Assembly: GCA_965198005.1 (NCBI GenBank)
Contig: CBDAOI010000004.1
Location: 2,144,001-2,208,000 of the forward strand
Reading direction: 5' to 3'
DNA: 64,000 nt
Source: Spirochaetia bacterium
Lineage (GTDB): Bacteria > Spirochaetota > Spirochaetia > SZUA-6 > Bin103
Shown here: positions 9,861 through 20,269 of the stretch, in pieces
How positions within the stretch are numbered: position 1 is the first letter of the stretch
How the letters are laid out: the number at the start of each line of letters is the position of its first letter
Made by a program: the position numbers and the translations under genes
The notes under the pieces: model-generated
Told to the model about the DNA's origin: nothing
What the model saw: the letters and a program-made list of their open reading frames with translations, nothing else
Databases searched by the model: none

Positions 9861-11458
9861 TGTCCATGGCGCTACGCGTGCGACTTGCCGCACTGCTGTT
9901 GGCCGGCACGGCACTCACCGCGGCCGCGCACGACAGCGGCGACTCGACGCTGACCACCGTGCAGCGGATCGACCGCATTGCGGAGGCCGCAGTGCAACTG
10001 GTGGCCGCCGCCGCCCCGGACGCCCCGGACGCAACCGTCCGCCTGCTGCCGTTTCTCACCGACGCCGGTGAGCGCACGCGGTTCGGACACCGGCTCCGGA
10101 GCGTGGTGTATCTGCGGCTGCTGCGTCACTACCGGGAGACCTCGGTCACGGCCGCCGCCGCAACGCCGGTAGCCGAGTCCACCGCCGCGGACGCGGCTGC
10201 CGCCTCGTCGGCAGCCGCCTTCGACCTGGAGATCGAGATCCAGCCGTTTCGGGCAGTGGTGCGCTTGCTGGTCAAGGTGATGCACGCGGGTGGTCTCCAC
10301 AGCGGCGACTGGGTCGACCTGGACTACAGCCCCGAGCTGCGCGACCTGCTGGGCGATGCCGCGGCTGCCGCCGACCGGTCACCCGTCCCGGCAACCACGC
10401 GACCGGATCCGCTTCCCGGTTCGAACGGCGAGGACCCGTTCGAACCGGATGACGTCGCCGGAGCGGAGGTGGTAATCGACCCGGCCGCCGCGACCGCGTT
10501 TACGCGTTTCCTGACTCCGGGCGACCGCGACCGGTTCTCGTTCTATCTGGGTCAGCCGGCTACGGTCGTGCTGGAGACGACCACCGAGCTCGATAGCCAG
10601 CTTCTGCTCTACGCAGACCGCGACAGCGTCCCGTTTTCGGTCAACGGCGACCGCACCGGTGGCGGCGGCTCGCGGCTGAGACAGGAGCTGGAGGCCGGCT
10701 GGTACGTAGCCGAGGTGGTCGGGTTCACCGATCAGGTCTCGGGCCCGTATCGGTTCCTGCTTACCGTGGATCGCGGCGACCGGGACCGACCGGAGGCGCC
10801 GCCCGCCGACCCGCCCGGTCCCGATCCCGCGCCGCGCGCACCGCCCGCCACCATCACCGCCGGCGACACCCAGGAGCGGCACACCACCGCGGGCGAGGAC
10901 TGGGTCGAGCTGCGGGTGCGGGAGCCCGGCTTCTACCTGCTGGAAGCGCGCTCGTACGGAGCACCCGTGGATCTTTCTCTGCACAGTGACCTCGGTCAGC
11001 CGGAACTGGTTGCCGCGGCCACCGGGTTCTCAACCCGGATCCGCTCCGTCGCTCTGTTCGTGGGGCTGAGCACGATCTACGCCCGGACGGCGACCGGCAC
11101 CGGAGAGGCGATCTACAGCCTCACGCTGAGCCGTGTCGACCCGCCGCGCAGATTTACCGACGGTGCTCCGCTCTCGGCGGAGCTGGAAGGCGGCGTAGCG
11201 TTCCATACCCTCCGCGTGTTTCGTCCCGGCAGCTACGCGCTCACGATCAACGGCAGTTCCGACGCGGTCGCCGTCAGGGTGTTCGGCGTGCCCGACATGC
11301 ACCCCCGACCGGAGCGCGCGCACCCGTCGGGCGCCGGCGTGCGCGAGTATCAACTGACGTCCGGCGACTATCTGGTAGAGCTGACCGGCGCGCGGCCCGG
11401 CGCGCGCGCCCGCGTGTGCTGGGCACCAGCCGCCGCCGCGGCACAGTGCCGCGCCTGA
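9860..11458 (+). CDS. Secreted protein with PPC/pre-peptidase-like beta domains
   Basis: Signal peptide; DPFEPDD, DRDRFSF, LEAGWYVAEV motifs; start overlaps upstream stop. Confidence 0.7.
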   Translation: MSMALRVRLAALLLAGTALTAAAHDSGDSTLTTVQRIDRIAEAAVQLVAAAAPDAPDATVRLLPFLTDAGERTRFGHRLRSVVYLRLLRHYRETSVTAAAATPVAESTAADAAAASSAAAFDLEIEIQPFRAVVRLLVKVMHAGGLHSGDWVDLDYSPELRDLLGDAAAAADRSPVPATTRPDPLPGSNGEDPFEPDDVAGAEVVIDPAAATAFTRFLTPGDRDRFSFYLGQPATVVLETTTELDSQLLLYADRDSVPFSVNGDRTGGGGSRLRQELEAGWYVAEVVGFTDQVSGPYRFLLTVDRGDRDRPEAPPADPPGPDPAPRAPPATITAGDTQERHTTAGEDWVELRVREPGFYLLEARSYGAPVDLSLHSDLGQPELVAAATGFSTRIRSVALFVGLSTIYARTATGTGEAIYSLTLSRVDPPRRFTDGAPLSAELEGGVAFHTLRVFRPGSYALTINGSSDAVAVRVFGVPDMHPRPERAHPSGAGVREYQLTSGDYLVELTGARPGARARVCWAPAAAAAQCRA

Positions 11459-11487
11459 CCCGGTGCAACCGGTACAAAACCGGATGC

Positions 11488-11517
11488 TTGACAAGTGGCG
11501 CCGTTCGACGTCACATT
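11488..11517 (+). promoter_or_regulatory. Putative promoter of the rpsF operon
   Basis: TTGACA at 11488, 18 nt spacer, CACATT. Confidence 0.45.
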
Positions 11518-11574
11518 AGAGTTCGGCGGGAGCCTGGGGAACGACCTCACGACTACCGCTACGGGGAGCGCTGG

Positions 11575-11892
11575 TTGAGATCTTATGAAGCCACGTTCGT
11601 GTTCCGCACGAACGAAGATGCGGTGGAACGCGGCAAACAGAGCGTCCGCAGCATTCTGCACAACGTCGCCGCACGCACCGTGCGCGAGAACGACGTCGGG
11701 GAGCGTCAACTGGCGTACGTGATAGACCGGCAGGAGCGCGGCTTCTACACCTTCTATGAAATCGAGAGCGCTCCCGAAAAGATCCGGGCGGTGAGGCAGG
11801 CGGTCGGGCTGGTGCCGGAAGTGCTGAAGTGCTTTATCGTCCGCGCGGAACAGAGCACCGGCAAGCGCAAGCCGAGGGAGTCGGAGACGTAA
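11575..11892 (+). CDS. rpsF: 30S ribosomal protein S6
   Basis: TTG start after GGGGAG; RSYEATFVF, GERQLAYVI, GFY; upstream of ssb. Confidence 0.9.
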   Translation: MRSYEATFVFRTNEDAVERGKQSVRSILHNVAARTVRENDVGERQLAYVIDRQERGFYTFYEIESAPEKIRAVRQAVGLVPEVLKCFIVRAEQSTGKRKPRESET

Positions 11893-11893
11893 C

Positions 11894-12334
11894 ATGGCGG
11901 ACATCAATCACGTGGTCCTGGTCGGGCGCCTCACGCGCGACGCCGAGTTGAAGTACACCAACTCGGGTCAGGCGGTTACCAACATTTCCGTGGCGATCAA
12001 TCAGCGTCGCAAACGGGACGACCAGTGGGTGGAGGAGGGACACTTCTTCGACTGTGTCGTGTGGGGCAAGACCGCCGAGTCGTTGAGTTCCTATCTGGTA
12101 AAGGGCAAGCAGGTCGGGATCGAAGGGCACCTGCGTCAGAACCGGTGGGAGCAGGAGGGACGCACGCGCAGCAAGGTCGAGATCTTTACCACCAACATAC
12201 AGTTGCTCGGGAGCCGTTCCGACAGCAGCACGGGGGCCGCCCCGCGCACCGATCGCGACGACCAGGTTCCAGCAGCGCCGCCCTCGGACGGAATTCCCGC
12301 GAACGACGAGTTCGCCGACGACATTCCCTTCTGA
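11894..12334 (+). CDS. ssb: Single-stranded DNA-binding protein
   Basis: [19 protein letters not shown]-terminal DDIPF. Confidence 0.97.
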   Translation: MADINHVVLVGRLTRDAELKYTNSGQAVTNISVAINQRRKRDDQWVEEGHFFDCVVWGKTAESLSSYLVKGKQVGIEGHLRQNRWEQEGRTRSKVEIFTTNIQLLGSRSDSSTGAAPRTDRDDQVPAAPPSDGIPANDEFADDIPF

Positions 12335-12360
12335 ATACGATTTGTTGCAAGGATACTTTC

Positions 12361-12900
12361 ATGTCTGACACACCTTCCACGGCGGCTGCCGCGGCCGAGT
12401 CCGAAGCCGCGGCACCGGTTGCGCCGCCGGTCACCGAGGCCCCGCCTGTTGCCGGGGCCCAGCCTGCCGCCGAGGCCGCGCCTGCCGCGGGCGTGGCCGA
12501 CGCTGCGAAAACGCCGGCCACGCCCTCCGAACCCCGGTCCGACAGCGCCGTCCAGGCCGCGCCGGAACGGGGTGCCGCGCCGTCACGGCCCCCCTACGGT
12601 GGCGCACCCATGCGCGACCGCCGCGAGGTCAACCTGGGCGATCGCCGCGACAGCCGCCCGCGGGGTCGCCCGGGACGGCCGTTCTACCGCAAGAAATACT
12701 GCAAGTTCTGCGCGCGCAGTACCGGACGTGCAGTGGTGATCGACTACAAGGACGTCGACACGATCCGCCGCCTCATTACCGACCGCGGCAAGATTCTGCC
12801 CCGCCGGGTAACCGGCAACTGCGCCAAGTGCCAGCGCAAGCTATCGACCGCTATCAAACGCGCACGCGCCCTGGCGCTGCTTCCCTTCGCAGCGCAGTAG
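12361..12900 (+). CDS. rpsR: 30S ribosomal protein S18 with long Ala/Pro-rich N-terminal extension
   Basis: [42 protein letters not shown]. Confidence 0.92.
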   Translation: MSDTPSTAAAAAESEAAAPVAPPVTEAPPVAGAQPAAEAAPAAGVADAAKTPATPSEPRSDSAVQAAPERGAAPSRPPYGGAPMRDRREVNLGDRRDSRPRGRPGRPFYRKKYCKFCARSTGRAVVIDYKDVDTIRRLITDRGKILPRRVTGNCAKCQRKLSTAIKRARALALLPFAAQ

Positions 12901-12931
12901 AGCGAGCAGTCCTGCTTGGAGAAACCGAGCG

Positions 12932-13939
12932 GTGGACGAGCGGGGCTTCCCCAACCGCGTCTGGATCGAGATCGGAGTAGTCGTAGCCGTTGCGCTGGGA
13001 CTGCACGTGCTTACTCCCGGCCTGTCCTTGATCCCTCTTCAGATGCTCGTGGTGCGCCACGGCCGGCGGCCGTTCAGCTATGCGATGATCCTGCTGGTGC
13101 TGGCGGGCGCGCTGGTGGAACTGATGCTGCGCGGACAACCGGCGGCCGCGGATGACGCGTTGCTGCACGTGCGTTCCATCGGGTTGTTCCTCAACGTCGC
13201 ATTGCTGGGCGGCCTGTGGCTGGTGAACGAGTTCCGGGTTCTGCCCTACCGCAATCTGTTGCGGATCCTGACCGCCACCGCGGTTGCGGGATTGCTCGCC
13301 GTACCGTTCTTCGGCAGGTTCGCCGACGACCCGGAATTCACGACCATGATGAGCCGCATACTGGCCGAGCACCCGTTGTTCGCGCAATCGAACCTGGAGC
13401 CCGGCGCGGGCGCGGAATTGGCCTCCGAGTCGATCGAGCAGCTCACCGCGCTGGCGGGCCGGATGTTGCTGCGCATGGCCCTGCTGCTCTACATGCTGTA
13501 CCTGATTGCCGGCTGGTGGCTGGGGTCGCTCTGGGGGGCACGCTCGCTGGGCATGCCGTCGCCGGTGGGACGCCTGCTTTCGTTCCGCGTCGAACCGTGG
13601 TTCATCTGGGCGGCGCTGGTGAGCGGCGCCGTCGTTCTCGCCGACCTCCTGCTGGGCGGAGCCGGTCCGCTGTCCTACGTCGGCTGGAACGTGCTGGCCA
13701 TCTTCCTGTTTCTGTTCGGCCTGCAGGGCATCGGGGTGCTGCAATGGCTGTACCGGCGGTACAACGTTCCGGCTCCGATGCGGGTGATGATCGGGGTCTC
13801 GCTGGCATTCATGGTGCTGAGCAACGTGTTCAGCCTGGTGCCGTTGCTCGGGCTGCCATTGCTGGGCATGTCCGAGACCTGGGTTGATTTCAAACGGCCG
13901 CGGCCCGGTGCCGGTGCCGCGGGCACTGGTCCGAACTGA
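12932..13939 (+). CDS. DUF2232/YybS-like membrane protein
   Basis: Multi-TM; LQGIGV and LGMSETWVDFK motifs; lies between rpsR and rplI. Confidence 0.8.
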   Translation: MDERGFPNRVWIEIGVVVAVALGLHVLTPGLSLIPLQMLVVRHGRRPFSYAMILLVLAGALVELMLRGQPAAADDALLHVRSIGLFLNVALLGGLWLVNEFRVLPYRNLLRILTATAVAGLLAVPFFGRFADDPEFTTMMSRILAEHPLFAQSNLEPGAGAELASESIEQLTALAGRMLLRMALLLYMLYLIAGWWLGSLWGARSLGMPSPVGRLLSFRVEPWFIWAALVSGAVVLADLLLGGAGPLSYVGWNVLAIFLFLFGLQGIGVLQWLYRRYNVPAPMRVMIGVSLAFMVLSNVFSLVPLLGLPLLGMSETWVDFKRPRPGAGAAGTGPN

Positions 13940-13988
13940 GCGTCGGCGTTACAGTGAACGGGTCACACGGCGACCCGAGGAGGAAACG

Positions 13989-14441
13989 ATGAAGGTTATT
14001 CTACAGGCCGACGTCCCAGGAGTGGGCGAAGAGGGCGATATCTGCGACGTGGCGTCCGGTTATGCCCGCAACTACCTGTTCCGGCAACAGGCTGCCGTGC
14101 CCTACTCCAGCCACGCCGTCACGCTGCTGGACCATCGCCGCGGGACGATCGAGCGCCGCAGGGAGGAGAAGCGGGCCGGGGCCGCCGGCCTGCGCGAACG
14201 GTTGGAGAACGAGGATCTGACCTTCCACATGACCGCCGGCACCAGCGGCAAGTTGTTCGGCTCGGTCACCAGCGTCGCGATTGCCGCCGAGCTGGAGAAA
14301 CGGGGCTATTCGATCGACCGGAGACGGATCGAGGTGCCCGACCATTCGCTCAAGCTGGTCGGCGAGCACGAAGTGCGGGTGCGCCTCTACGAGAGTCAGG
14401 CCGCCACCTTGCGGGTGGTGATCGAACCCGACGCGCACTGA
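13989..14441 (+). CDS. rplI: 50S ribosomal protein L9
   Basis: MKVILQADV, GYARNYL, GKLFGSVT; RBS GAGGAGG. Confidence 0.96.
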   Translation: MKVILQADVPGVGEEGDICDVASGYARNYLFRQQAAVPYSSHAVTLLDHRRGTIERRREEKRAGAAGLRERLENEDLTFHMTAGTSGKLFGSVTSVAIAAELEKRGYSIDRRRIEVPDHSLKLVGEHEVRVRLYESQAATLRVVIEPDAH

Positions 14442-14451
14442 TGCCCGCCTG

Positions 14452-15813
14452 ATGGCCACGGCCGCACCGTCGGCGGCTGCCGGCCGCCGCGACCGGCAGC
14501 TTCGGGACGCCGTTCCGCCGCACAACCTCGACGCCGAGGTAGCCACCCTCGGCGCACTCCTGCTCGATTCGCAGGCGCTGGCCACCGTGTTGCGCTATCT
14601 CCGGGCCGACGACTTCTACCGGGCGAGCCATGGCAAGATCTACCAGGCGATCCTCGCACTGTTCGACCGCAACGAGGCGATCGACCTGATTACCCTCAGC
14701 GAAGAGCTGAACCGTGCGGGCGAACTTGAAGCCTGCGGCGGCAATGCCCGGATTCTGCAGCTCACCTCGGCGGTCCCTACCAGCGCCAACGTCGAGTACT
14801 ACGCGCGCATCGTTCGGGCGTTGAGCATGCGCCGGGCGCTGCAGCGGATCTCGGCGGCGATCATCGCCGATTCCCATGACGAGACGCTGGAAGTGCGCTA
14901 CATCATCGAGGAAGCGGAACGGCGCATCTTCGATATAACCGATCGCCAGCACAGCGGCTCGTTCCGACCGGCGAAAGAGATCATCGCGCAGACGGTCGAG
15001 GCGATCGAACGCCTCTACCACGCCAGCGGCAGCTACACCGGCATCCCCAGCGGATTTCCGGATCTCGACAGCCTCACCAGTGGCTTCCAGAACTCGGAGT
15101 TCATCATCATCGGGGCGCGCCCGTCGGTCGGCAAGACCGCGCTGGCGCTGACGATGGCCGCTCAGATTGCGGTTGAGCAGCAGCGTCCGGTCGGATTCTT
15201 CACCCTGGAAATGTCCGCCGTCGCCTTGATGCAGCGCCTGCTCGCCAGCGAAGCGCGCCTCGACTCCAACCGGATCCGGTCGGGGCTCCTCAAGGCCTCC
15301 GACTTCCACAAGATCACCGAAGCGGCCGGCCGCATCTACGATGCCCCCTTGTACATCGAGGACTCGCCCAACCTCAAGTTGCTCGATCTCCGCGCCCTGG
15401 CGCGGCGGATGAAGTCGAATCACGCGGTCGAGATCGTGTTCATCGACTATCTGACGCTGATCACTTCCGAGCACCTCGAGCTGGCCCGCCACGAGCAGAT
15501 CGCGGAAATCAGCCGTTCGCTCAAGGCCCTGGCGCGCGAGTTGGACCTGCCGGTGGTCGCGCTGTCTCAGGTGCGGCGCGAATCGGAAGGGAAACTGCCC
15601 AACTTGGCGGACCTGCGGGAGTCCGGATCGATCGAGCAGGATGCGGACGTGGTGATGTTCCTGCACCGTGAGCGCGGCACGGACGAGAATCTGAACGACG
15701 TGGAGACCGACCTGATCGTAGCCAAGCAACGGAACGGTCCGGTCGGCAAGGTCAACCTGGCGTTCATCCCCGAGTATACCAAGTTCGAATCGCTGTCGAA
15801 TCGGACTCCGTGA
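14452..15813 (+). CDS. dnaB: Replicative DNA helicase
   Basis: PPHNLDAE, GARPSVGKT, IDYL, DLRESGSIEQDAD, AKQRNGP. Confidence 0.97.
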   Translation: MATAAPSAAAGRRDRQLRDAVPPHNLDAEVATLGALLLDSQALATVLRYLRADDFYRASHGKIYQAILALFDRNEAIDLITLSEELNRAGELEACGGNARILQLTSAVPTSANVEYYARIVRALSMRRALQRISAAIIADSHDETLEVRYIIEEAERRIFDITDRQHSGSFRPAKEIIAQTVEAIERLYHASGSYTGIPSGFPDLDSLTSGFQNSEFIIIGARPSVGKTALALTMAAQIAVEQQRPVGFFTLEMSAVALMQRLLASEARLDSNRIRSGLLKASDFHKITEAAGRIYDAPLYIEDSPNLKLLDLRALARRMKSNHAVEIVFIDYLTLITSEHLELARHEQIAEISRSLKALARELDLPVVALSQVRRESEGKLPNLADLRESGSIEQDADVVMFLHRERGTDENLNDVETDLIVAKQRNGPVGKVNLAFIPEYTKFESLSNRTP

Positions 15814-15823
15814 CGGCGCCGCC

Positions 15824-17905
15824 CTACTGCCCGTAGGGGGTGACGACGTAGCGGTCCGCGCCGCGCGATTGCGCCACCTCTCCGGGTGGCGAGACCGCCA
15901 GCCATTCGAGGTCCCGAAACAGGTAGAGGTTGAACAGCACGCTGCGCCGGGCCCGGTCCCATACGGTGAACGAGGCGTCGGCATTGACCGACACGAGCAG
16001 CGTATCGGTCACGGTGAGTTGCCGCGGCCGGTGGCCCGACTGCTCCAGGTCGAGGAGCGTGTTCCCGTCCCACGCCCGTACCGTGTCTTCGCCAAGCGAG
16101 GAGTAGACCTGCCGCCGATCCGGGGCCACGGCGAGAGCGGCGAACAGATCTTCTCCAGGGTACGCGTCGATTACCCGTGAATGCGCGGCGTGGCGCCCGA
16201 AGTGCTGTTCCAGCACGGTCCGCCTACCCTCTTTCGCCACGCCCAGACTGACCAGCAGCCCGTTGTCGAGCAGGGCCAGGTCGTAGACCAGCAAGGAGGC
16301 CAGGGACAGAGGCAGTGTCTCTTCGGTGTCGGTGTCTACGTGCAGCAGCGGCGCCGCGAGATTGGATGCGCTGCGCGCGGCGATAAGCCGATTCGCGCTG
16401 CCCACCACGGTGCGCGCTCCGGGCGCCCAGAACCGCTGCAGCGGCCGTACCGGCCGGCCGCGGTCGGCGGCGAGCACCGCGCGCAGCGAGTAGAGCCGGA
16501 TGGTGCCCGCGCTGTCCAGCACCAGCAGGCGTTCGTCATCCATGACGCTCACCTGCCGCACCGGCGCCTCGAGCCCGGTCAGCCGGTAGCGAACCGCGCC
16601 GCTGCTCGGGTCGACCGTCGCCAGTGTGCCGGTCGCGCCCGCGCGCGGCCATATCAAAAAGGTCGCCCGGCGGGTGAACGGCGTCGTCCCGCCCGCCGCC
16701 GGCGGAATTGCGGTTACGCCCACCGGCGTCCCGAACGGATTGCGAATCACCTGCAGTCCGAGACTGGCCGGCAGGCGGCTGTCCGACCGCGGACTCGACC
16801 TGAAACGCGCCAGTATCAGCCGATCGCCGGTTGCCGCAAGCACAACGTCGGGGCGCCCGGCACGGCCCTCGACCGCCGCGAGTTGCACGCCCGTCAGCAA
16901 TTCGTTCCGCAACACGCGCTCTGTGCCGCCGCGCGGGTACAGTTCGGCGATTCCCCCCTGATCGGCGATGAACACCGACCGGTCCCCGTACGCGACCGCG
17001 GTCGCCGCTCCCTCCAAAGCGATCCCGCCGCTCACCCGGCGGCGCAGGCCCCGATCAATCTGCAGCCGGTCCGCCACGGTCTCGTCCCGGCTTCCGGTGC
17101 GCGCGGGGCGCAGCAGCGTGAGCTCCGAAATGCGCTCCGAAACGGCGAATCCGAGCGCATCGGGAACCGCGACCCGTCCCCGGACCCGGCCGGTAACGAC
17201 GTCCACGACCACCAGATCGGGCCCGTCACGGGCAACCATGAAGGCCTTGTCGTGACTGATGGAAATCCGATCCAGCCCCGGCGGTGCCCCGACCTGCGCG
17301 CTCAACGCGCCGCTCCGAGCGTCCCGGTACTGAATCAGTCCGGTCGGCTTGTAGGTCATGACGGTGCGCTCGTTGGTGGAGGTGGTCACGAACGACACGA
17401 TACCGAATGGTTCCCAGGTGCGGCCTCGGACCTCCCCGGTCAACGGATCCAGGAACACGACGCTGTCGAACCTGGCCCGCGTGTACACCAGTGCCGTGCC
17501 GCGGCTGGTGAAGCCGAAGTGAAGCGGCTCCTCTTCCACCAGGCGGGCGAACAATCGCTGGCCCGTGCTCCAGTTCCACACGCCGATCGACCTGGCGCCG
17601 GACTGGGTCCCGCTGCCGGTGGTCACGACCGCGGCCAACAGCGGCCGCGCCGGATGCACGGCGATCCGGTCCACCGGGTTCATTCCCAGGCGCACCTGCC
17701 CGACAATGCTGCGCCGGGCGTGACTCCACACCCGCACCGAACCATCCTCGCCGGCGGAGAACAACAATCGGCGGGCGGCGTCATACCGCAGTGCGGTCAC
17801 CGCCCCGACGTGGCCGCTGTTGATCAGCACCGGCTGCGCCGTGGCGGCCGCGGCCGCGCTCGCCAGCAGCGCCGCGACGAGCACCGGAGCAAGGCGTTGG
17901 GGCAT
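15824..17905 (-). CDS. Exported WD40/beta-propeller protein
   Basis: Signal peptide from ATG 17905; GHVGAVTAL...SAGEDGSVRVW. Confidence 0.8.
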   Translation of the reverse strand: MPQRLAPVLVAALLASAAAAATAQPVLINSGHVGAVTALRYDAARRLLFSAGEDGSVRVWSHARRSIVGQVRLGMNPVDRIAVHPARPLLAAVVTTGSGTQSGARSIGVWNWSTGQRLFARLVEEEPLHFGFTSRGTALVYTRARFDSVVFLDPLTGEVRGRTWEPFGIVSFVTTSTNERTVMTYKPTGLIQYRDARSGALSAQVGAPPGLDRISISHDKAFMVARDGPDLVVVDVVTGRVRGRVAVPDALGFAVSERISELTLLRPARTGSRDETVADRLQIDRGLRRRVSGGIALEGAATAVAYGDRSVFIADQGGIAELYPRGGTERVLRNELLTGVQLAAVEGRAGRPDVVLAATGDRLILARFRSSPRSDSRLPASLGLQVIRNPFGTPVGVTAIPPAAGGTTPFTRRATFLIWPRAGATGTLATVDPSSGAVRYRLTGLEAPVRQVSVMDDERLLVLDSAGTIRLYSLRAVLAADRGRPVRPLQRFWAPGARTVVGSANRLIAARSASNLAAPLLHVDTDTEETLPLSLASLLVYDLALLDNGLLVSLGVAKEGRRTVLEQHFGRHAAHSRVIDAYPGEDLFAALAVAPDRRQVYSSLGEDTVRAWDGNTLLDLEQSGHRPRQLTVTDTLLVSVNADASFTVWDRARRSVLFNLYLFRDLEWLAVSPPGEVAQSRGADRYVVTPYGQ

Positions 17906-17922
17906 GATTCGCGCGGCCCCCG

Positions 17923-19287
17923 CTACCTGCCGACGAAGAACAGAATATCGCCGAAGGTCACGACCAGGGCGAGGGTCAGCAACAACGAAAATCCCAGAAC
18001 CTGAATCCGATACAGCAGCGCCGGCGGCAACTGTCGGCCACGGATCAGTTCGATCAAGTACAGCACGATATGGCCGCCGTCCAGCGCCGGCAAAGGCAGC
18101 AGGTTCATGACGCACAACACGATGCTGATCGCGCACAGCAAGCGGAAAAACTGCACCAGGCCGGTCCCGACGCCGCGCGCGAAGCCGTCCGAGGCGGCTC
18201 GACCCACGTCGTAGGTGATGCGGAGCGGCCCCGCCACGGTGGGAGCATCGCCGCCGCCGAACAGCCGGGCCAGGGCATTCACGGTGGCGCCGATCAGGCG
18301 CCCGGTGTCCTGCCCCGCACGCGCGAGCGCCGCCGCCGGCGACAGCCGGGGAGTGCGCAGCCGCGGCACGACGAAGCCGAAGCCCGGGTCGCCCCCGGCC
18401 GGTGCCGGCTCCAGCGTCACGACCTGCCGTGCGCCGTCACGTTCGACCGCCACGGCCAGCGACAACCCCTCCGCGCTCGGTCGGAAGTGCTCGAGGACGT
18501 CGATCGAGTGCCGGACCGGCGACCCGTTCACCGCCACGATCCGGTCACCGGTGCGCAACCCGTCCGCGGCCGCCGCACCTCCGAGGCGTACCTCGACCAC
18601 CGGGTCGATCCACGGGTAGACCCAGATCCGTCCGGCGCCGGTCCGGGCGTCCAACTCCGGAGTGACGTCGGTCGCCAGCAGGGTACCGTCGCGCTCGACC
18701 ATCAGCTTCAGGAGCCGTCCGGGAGCCGCTGCCACGCGCCGCCTGAGCTCCCGAAAGGTGACGACTTCGTGGCCGTCGATGCTCACGATGCGGTCGCCGG
18801 AGCGCAGGCCGGCTGCAATTGCCGGAGTCTGCGCCGGCACCGCGTCCAACGTATGGTCGGCGGCCGACACGATCCTGGTACCGGGGCTGTCGATCCGGAA
18901 CCCCGCCCACCAGATGACCGTCAGCACGAGCAGCGCGAACAGCAGATTGGCCAGCGGACCGGCGGCTATGATCAGAATTCGTTGCCACGCCGCGGCCGCG
19001 AAGAACGATCCCTGCTCGGGTCGATGCTCGCTATCGCCGAGCCGCCACTCGGAGCGCAGCGTGGCGTCGTTCTCGCCCTTCATCCGGCAATAGCCGCCGA
19101 GCGGGAACCATGAGATCTGGTAGCTGGTGCCGCGATAGTCGAAGCCGACCAGCCGCCGGCCCCACCCCAGCGAAAACACCTCGACCGTCACTCCGTTGGC
19201 CTTGGCGGCCAGAAAGTGCCCGCATTCGTGCACGAAAATCAGGATGCCGAGCCCGAGCGCTCCGAACAGAATGGTGGCCAACAACAC
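17923..19287 (-). CDS. rseP: RIP metalloprotease RseP with two PDZ domains
   Basis: HECGH, GGYCRMKGE, AGPLAN, NLLPLPALDGG. Confidence 0.95.
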   Translation of the reverse strand: MLLATILFGALGLGILIFVHECGHFLAAKANGVTVEVFSLGWGRRLVGFDYRGTSYQISWFPLGGYCRMKGENDATLRSEWRLGDSEHRPEQGSFFAAAAWQRILIIAAGPLANLLFALLVLTVIWWAGFRIDSPGTRIVSAADHTLDAVPAQTPAIAAGLRSGDRIVSIDGHEVVTFRELRRRVAAAPGRLLKLMVERDGTLLATDVTPELDARTGAGRIWVYPWIDPVVEVRLGGAAAADGLRTGDRIVAVNGSPVRHSIDVLEHFRPSAEGLSLAVAVERDGARQVVTLEPAPAGGDPGFGFVVPRLRTPRLSPAAALARAGQDTGRLIGATVNALARLFGGGDAPTVAGPLRITYDVGRAASDGFARGVGTGLVQFFRLLCAISIVLCVMNLLPLPALDGGHIVLYLIELIRGRQLPPALLYRIQVLGFSLLLTLALVVTFGDILFFVGR

Positions 19288-19293
19288 TTCAGA

Positions 19294-20190
19294 TCACGTC
19301 CATTCGACTGACCGCATCCAGAAGAAGAACAACGGCGCGCACAGCAGCAGCGAGTCGATCGAATCCAGCAACCCGCCGCGGCCCGGAATGATCTTCCCGG
19401 AGTCCTTGACCCGGGCCGCACGTTTGAGAGCGGACTCGATGAGGTCTCCCACCACGGCGCACACACCGATTGCAGCGCCTCCCACGGCTGCCTCTATGGT
19501 ACCGAACCGCGGAGCTCCGGGAAACAGCCGGTGCGCCACGATCAGGGCCCCGACCGACGCCATGATCCCGGCGGCAAAGCCGATCGCCGTCTTGGCAGGA
19601 CTGACCGGCAGACCAATCGCCGTGCGTCCGCGGGCGAGCTTGCCCGCCACGTACGCGCTGGTGTCATTGGCAAACACCGCTACGAAAAACGTGAGCAACA
19701 TCCAGCGCGGATCGCCGACCCCGACCAGCCGCACAATGTAGCCGATGAACAACCCGGGATAGCACCCGGCGAACAGCGTCGCACTGGCGTGCTCCAGCAC
19801 CTGGGCCAACGTGCGACTGCGGTTGGCCCGCACCACCGCCACCACCAGGACCGAAACCACGACCGCGGTCACCAGCACTCCCAGGGCGTTAGCGGGCAGC
19901 AGGTCCCAGTTCTCGAGATAGGCGACCACCGGGAATGCCCCGGCGCTGAGTCCCGCCAGCCACCAGTCACCCGCGACTTTACGGTGGGCAAACAGCCCCG
20001 CCACCTCACGTGAACCGAGCACCGCCCCCACCACGGCGCAACTGCTGAACAACAGGTACCGGTAGCCGGGAACCAGGAAGATCAGCACGTAGAAGAACGG
20101 GATGGCGGCGACCAACAGCAGAAGTCGGATCCAGAAGCGGTCCGCCTGCGGAGGCGCCGGCACGTCAACGTCGTTCACCGCCTGTCGCAT
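19294..20190 (-). CDS. cdsA: Phosphatidate cytidylyltransferase
   Basis: NDTSAY, SPAKT, GDLIESALKR, KDSGKIIPGRGGLLDSIDS. Confidence 0.93.
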   Translation of the reverse strand: MRQAVNDVDVPAPPQADRFWIRLLLLVAAIPFFYVLIFLVPGYRYLLFSSCAVVGAVLGSREVAGLFAHRKVAGDWWLAGLSAGAFPVVAYLENWDLLPANALGVLVTAVVVSVLVVAVVRANRSRTLAQVLEHASATLFAGCYPGLFIGYIVRLVGVGDPRWMLLTFFVAVFANDTSAYVAGKLARGRTAIGLPVSPAKTAIGFAAGIMASVGALIVAHRLFPGAPRFGTIEAAVGGAAIGVCAVVGDLIESALKRAARVKDSGKIIPGRGGLLDSIDSLLLCAPLFFFWMRSVEWT

Positions 20191-20269
20191 TTCGACAGGC
20201 TCCTAACGCCCCGAAACCAGCCGCCTAGCGGCGCCGTCTTTCGCCTGTCGCATTTCGACAGGCTCCTAA
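20179..20269. repeat. Two identical 28-bp palindromic direct repeats separated by 35 bp
   Basis: CGCCTGTCGCATTTCGACAGGCTCCTAA at 20179-20206 and 20242-20269; internal stem GCCTGTCG/CGACAGGC. Confidence 0.9.

Noticed and set aside
20179-20269. CRISPR array
   Set aside because: Only two repeats, overlapping essential gene ends, with no leader or cas genes; kept as a repeat only
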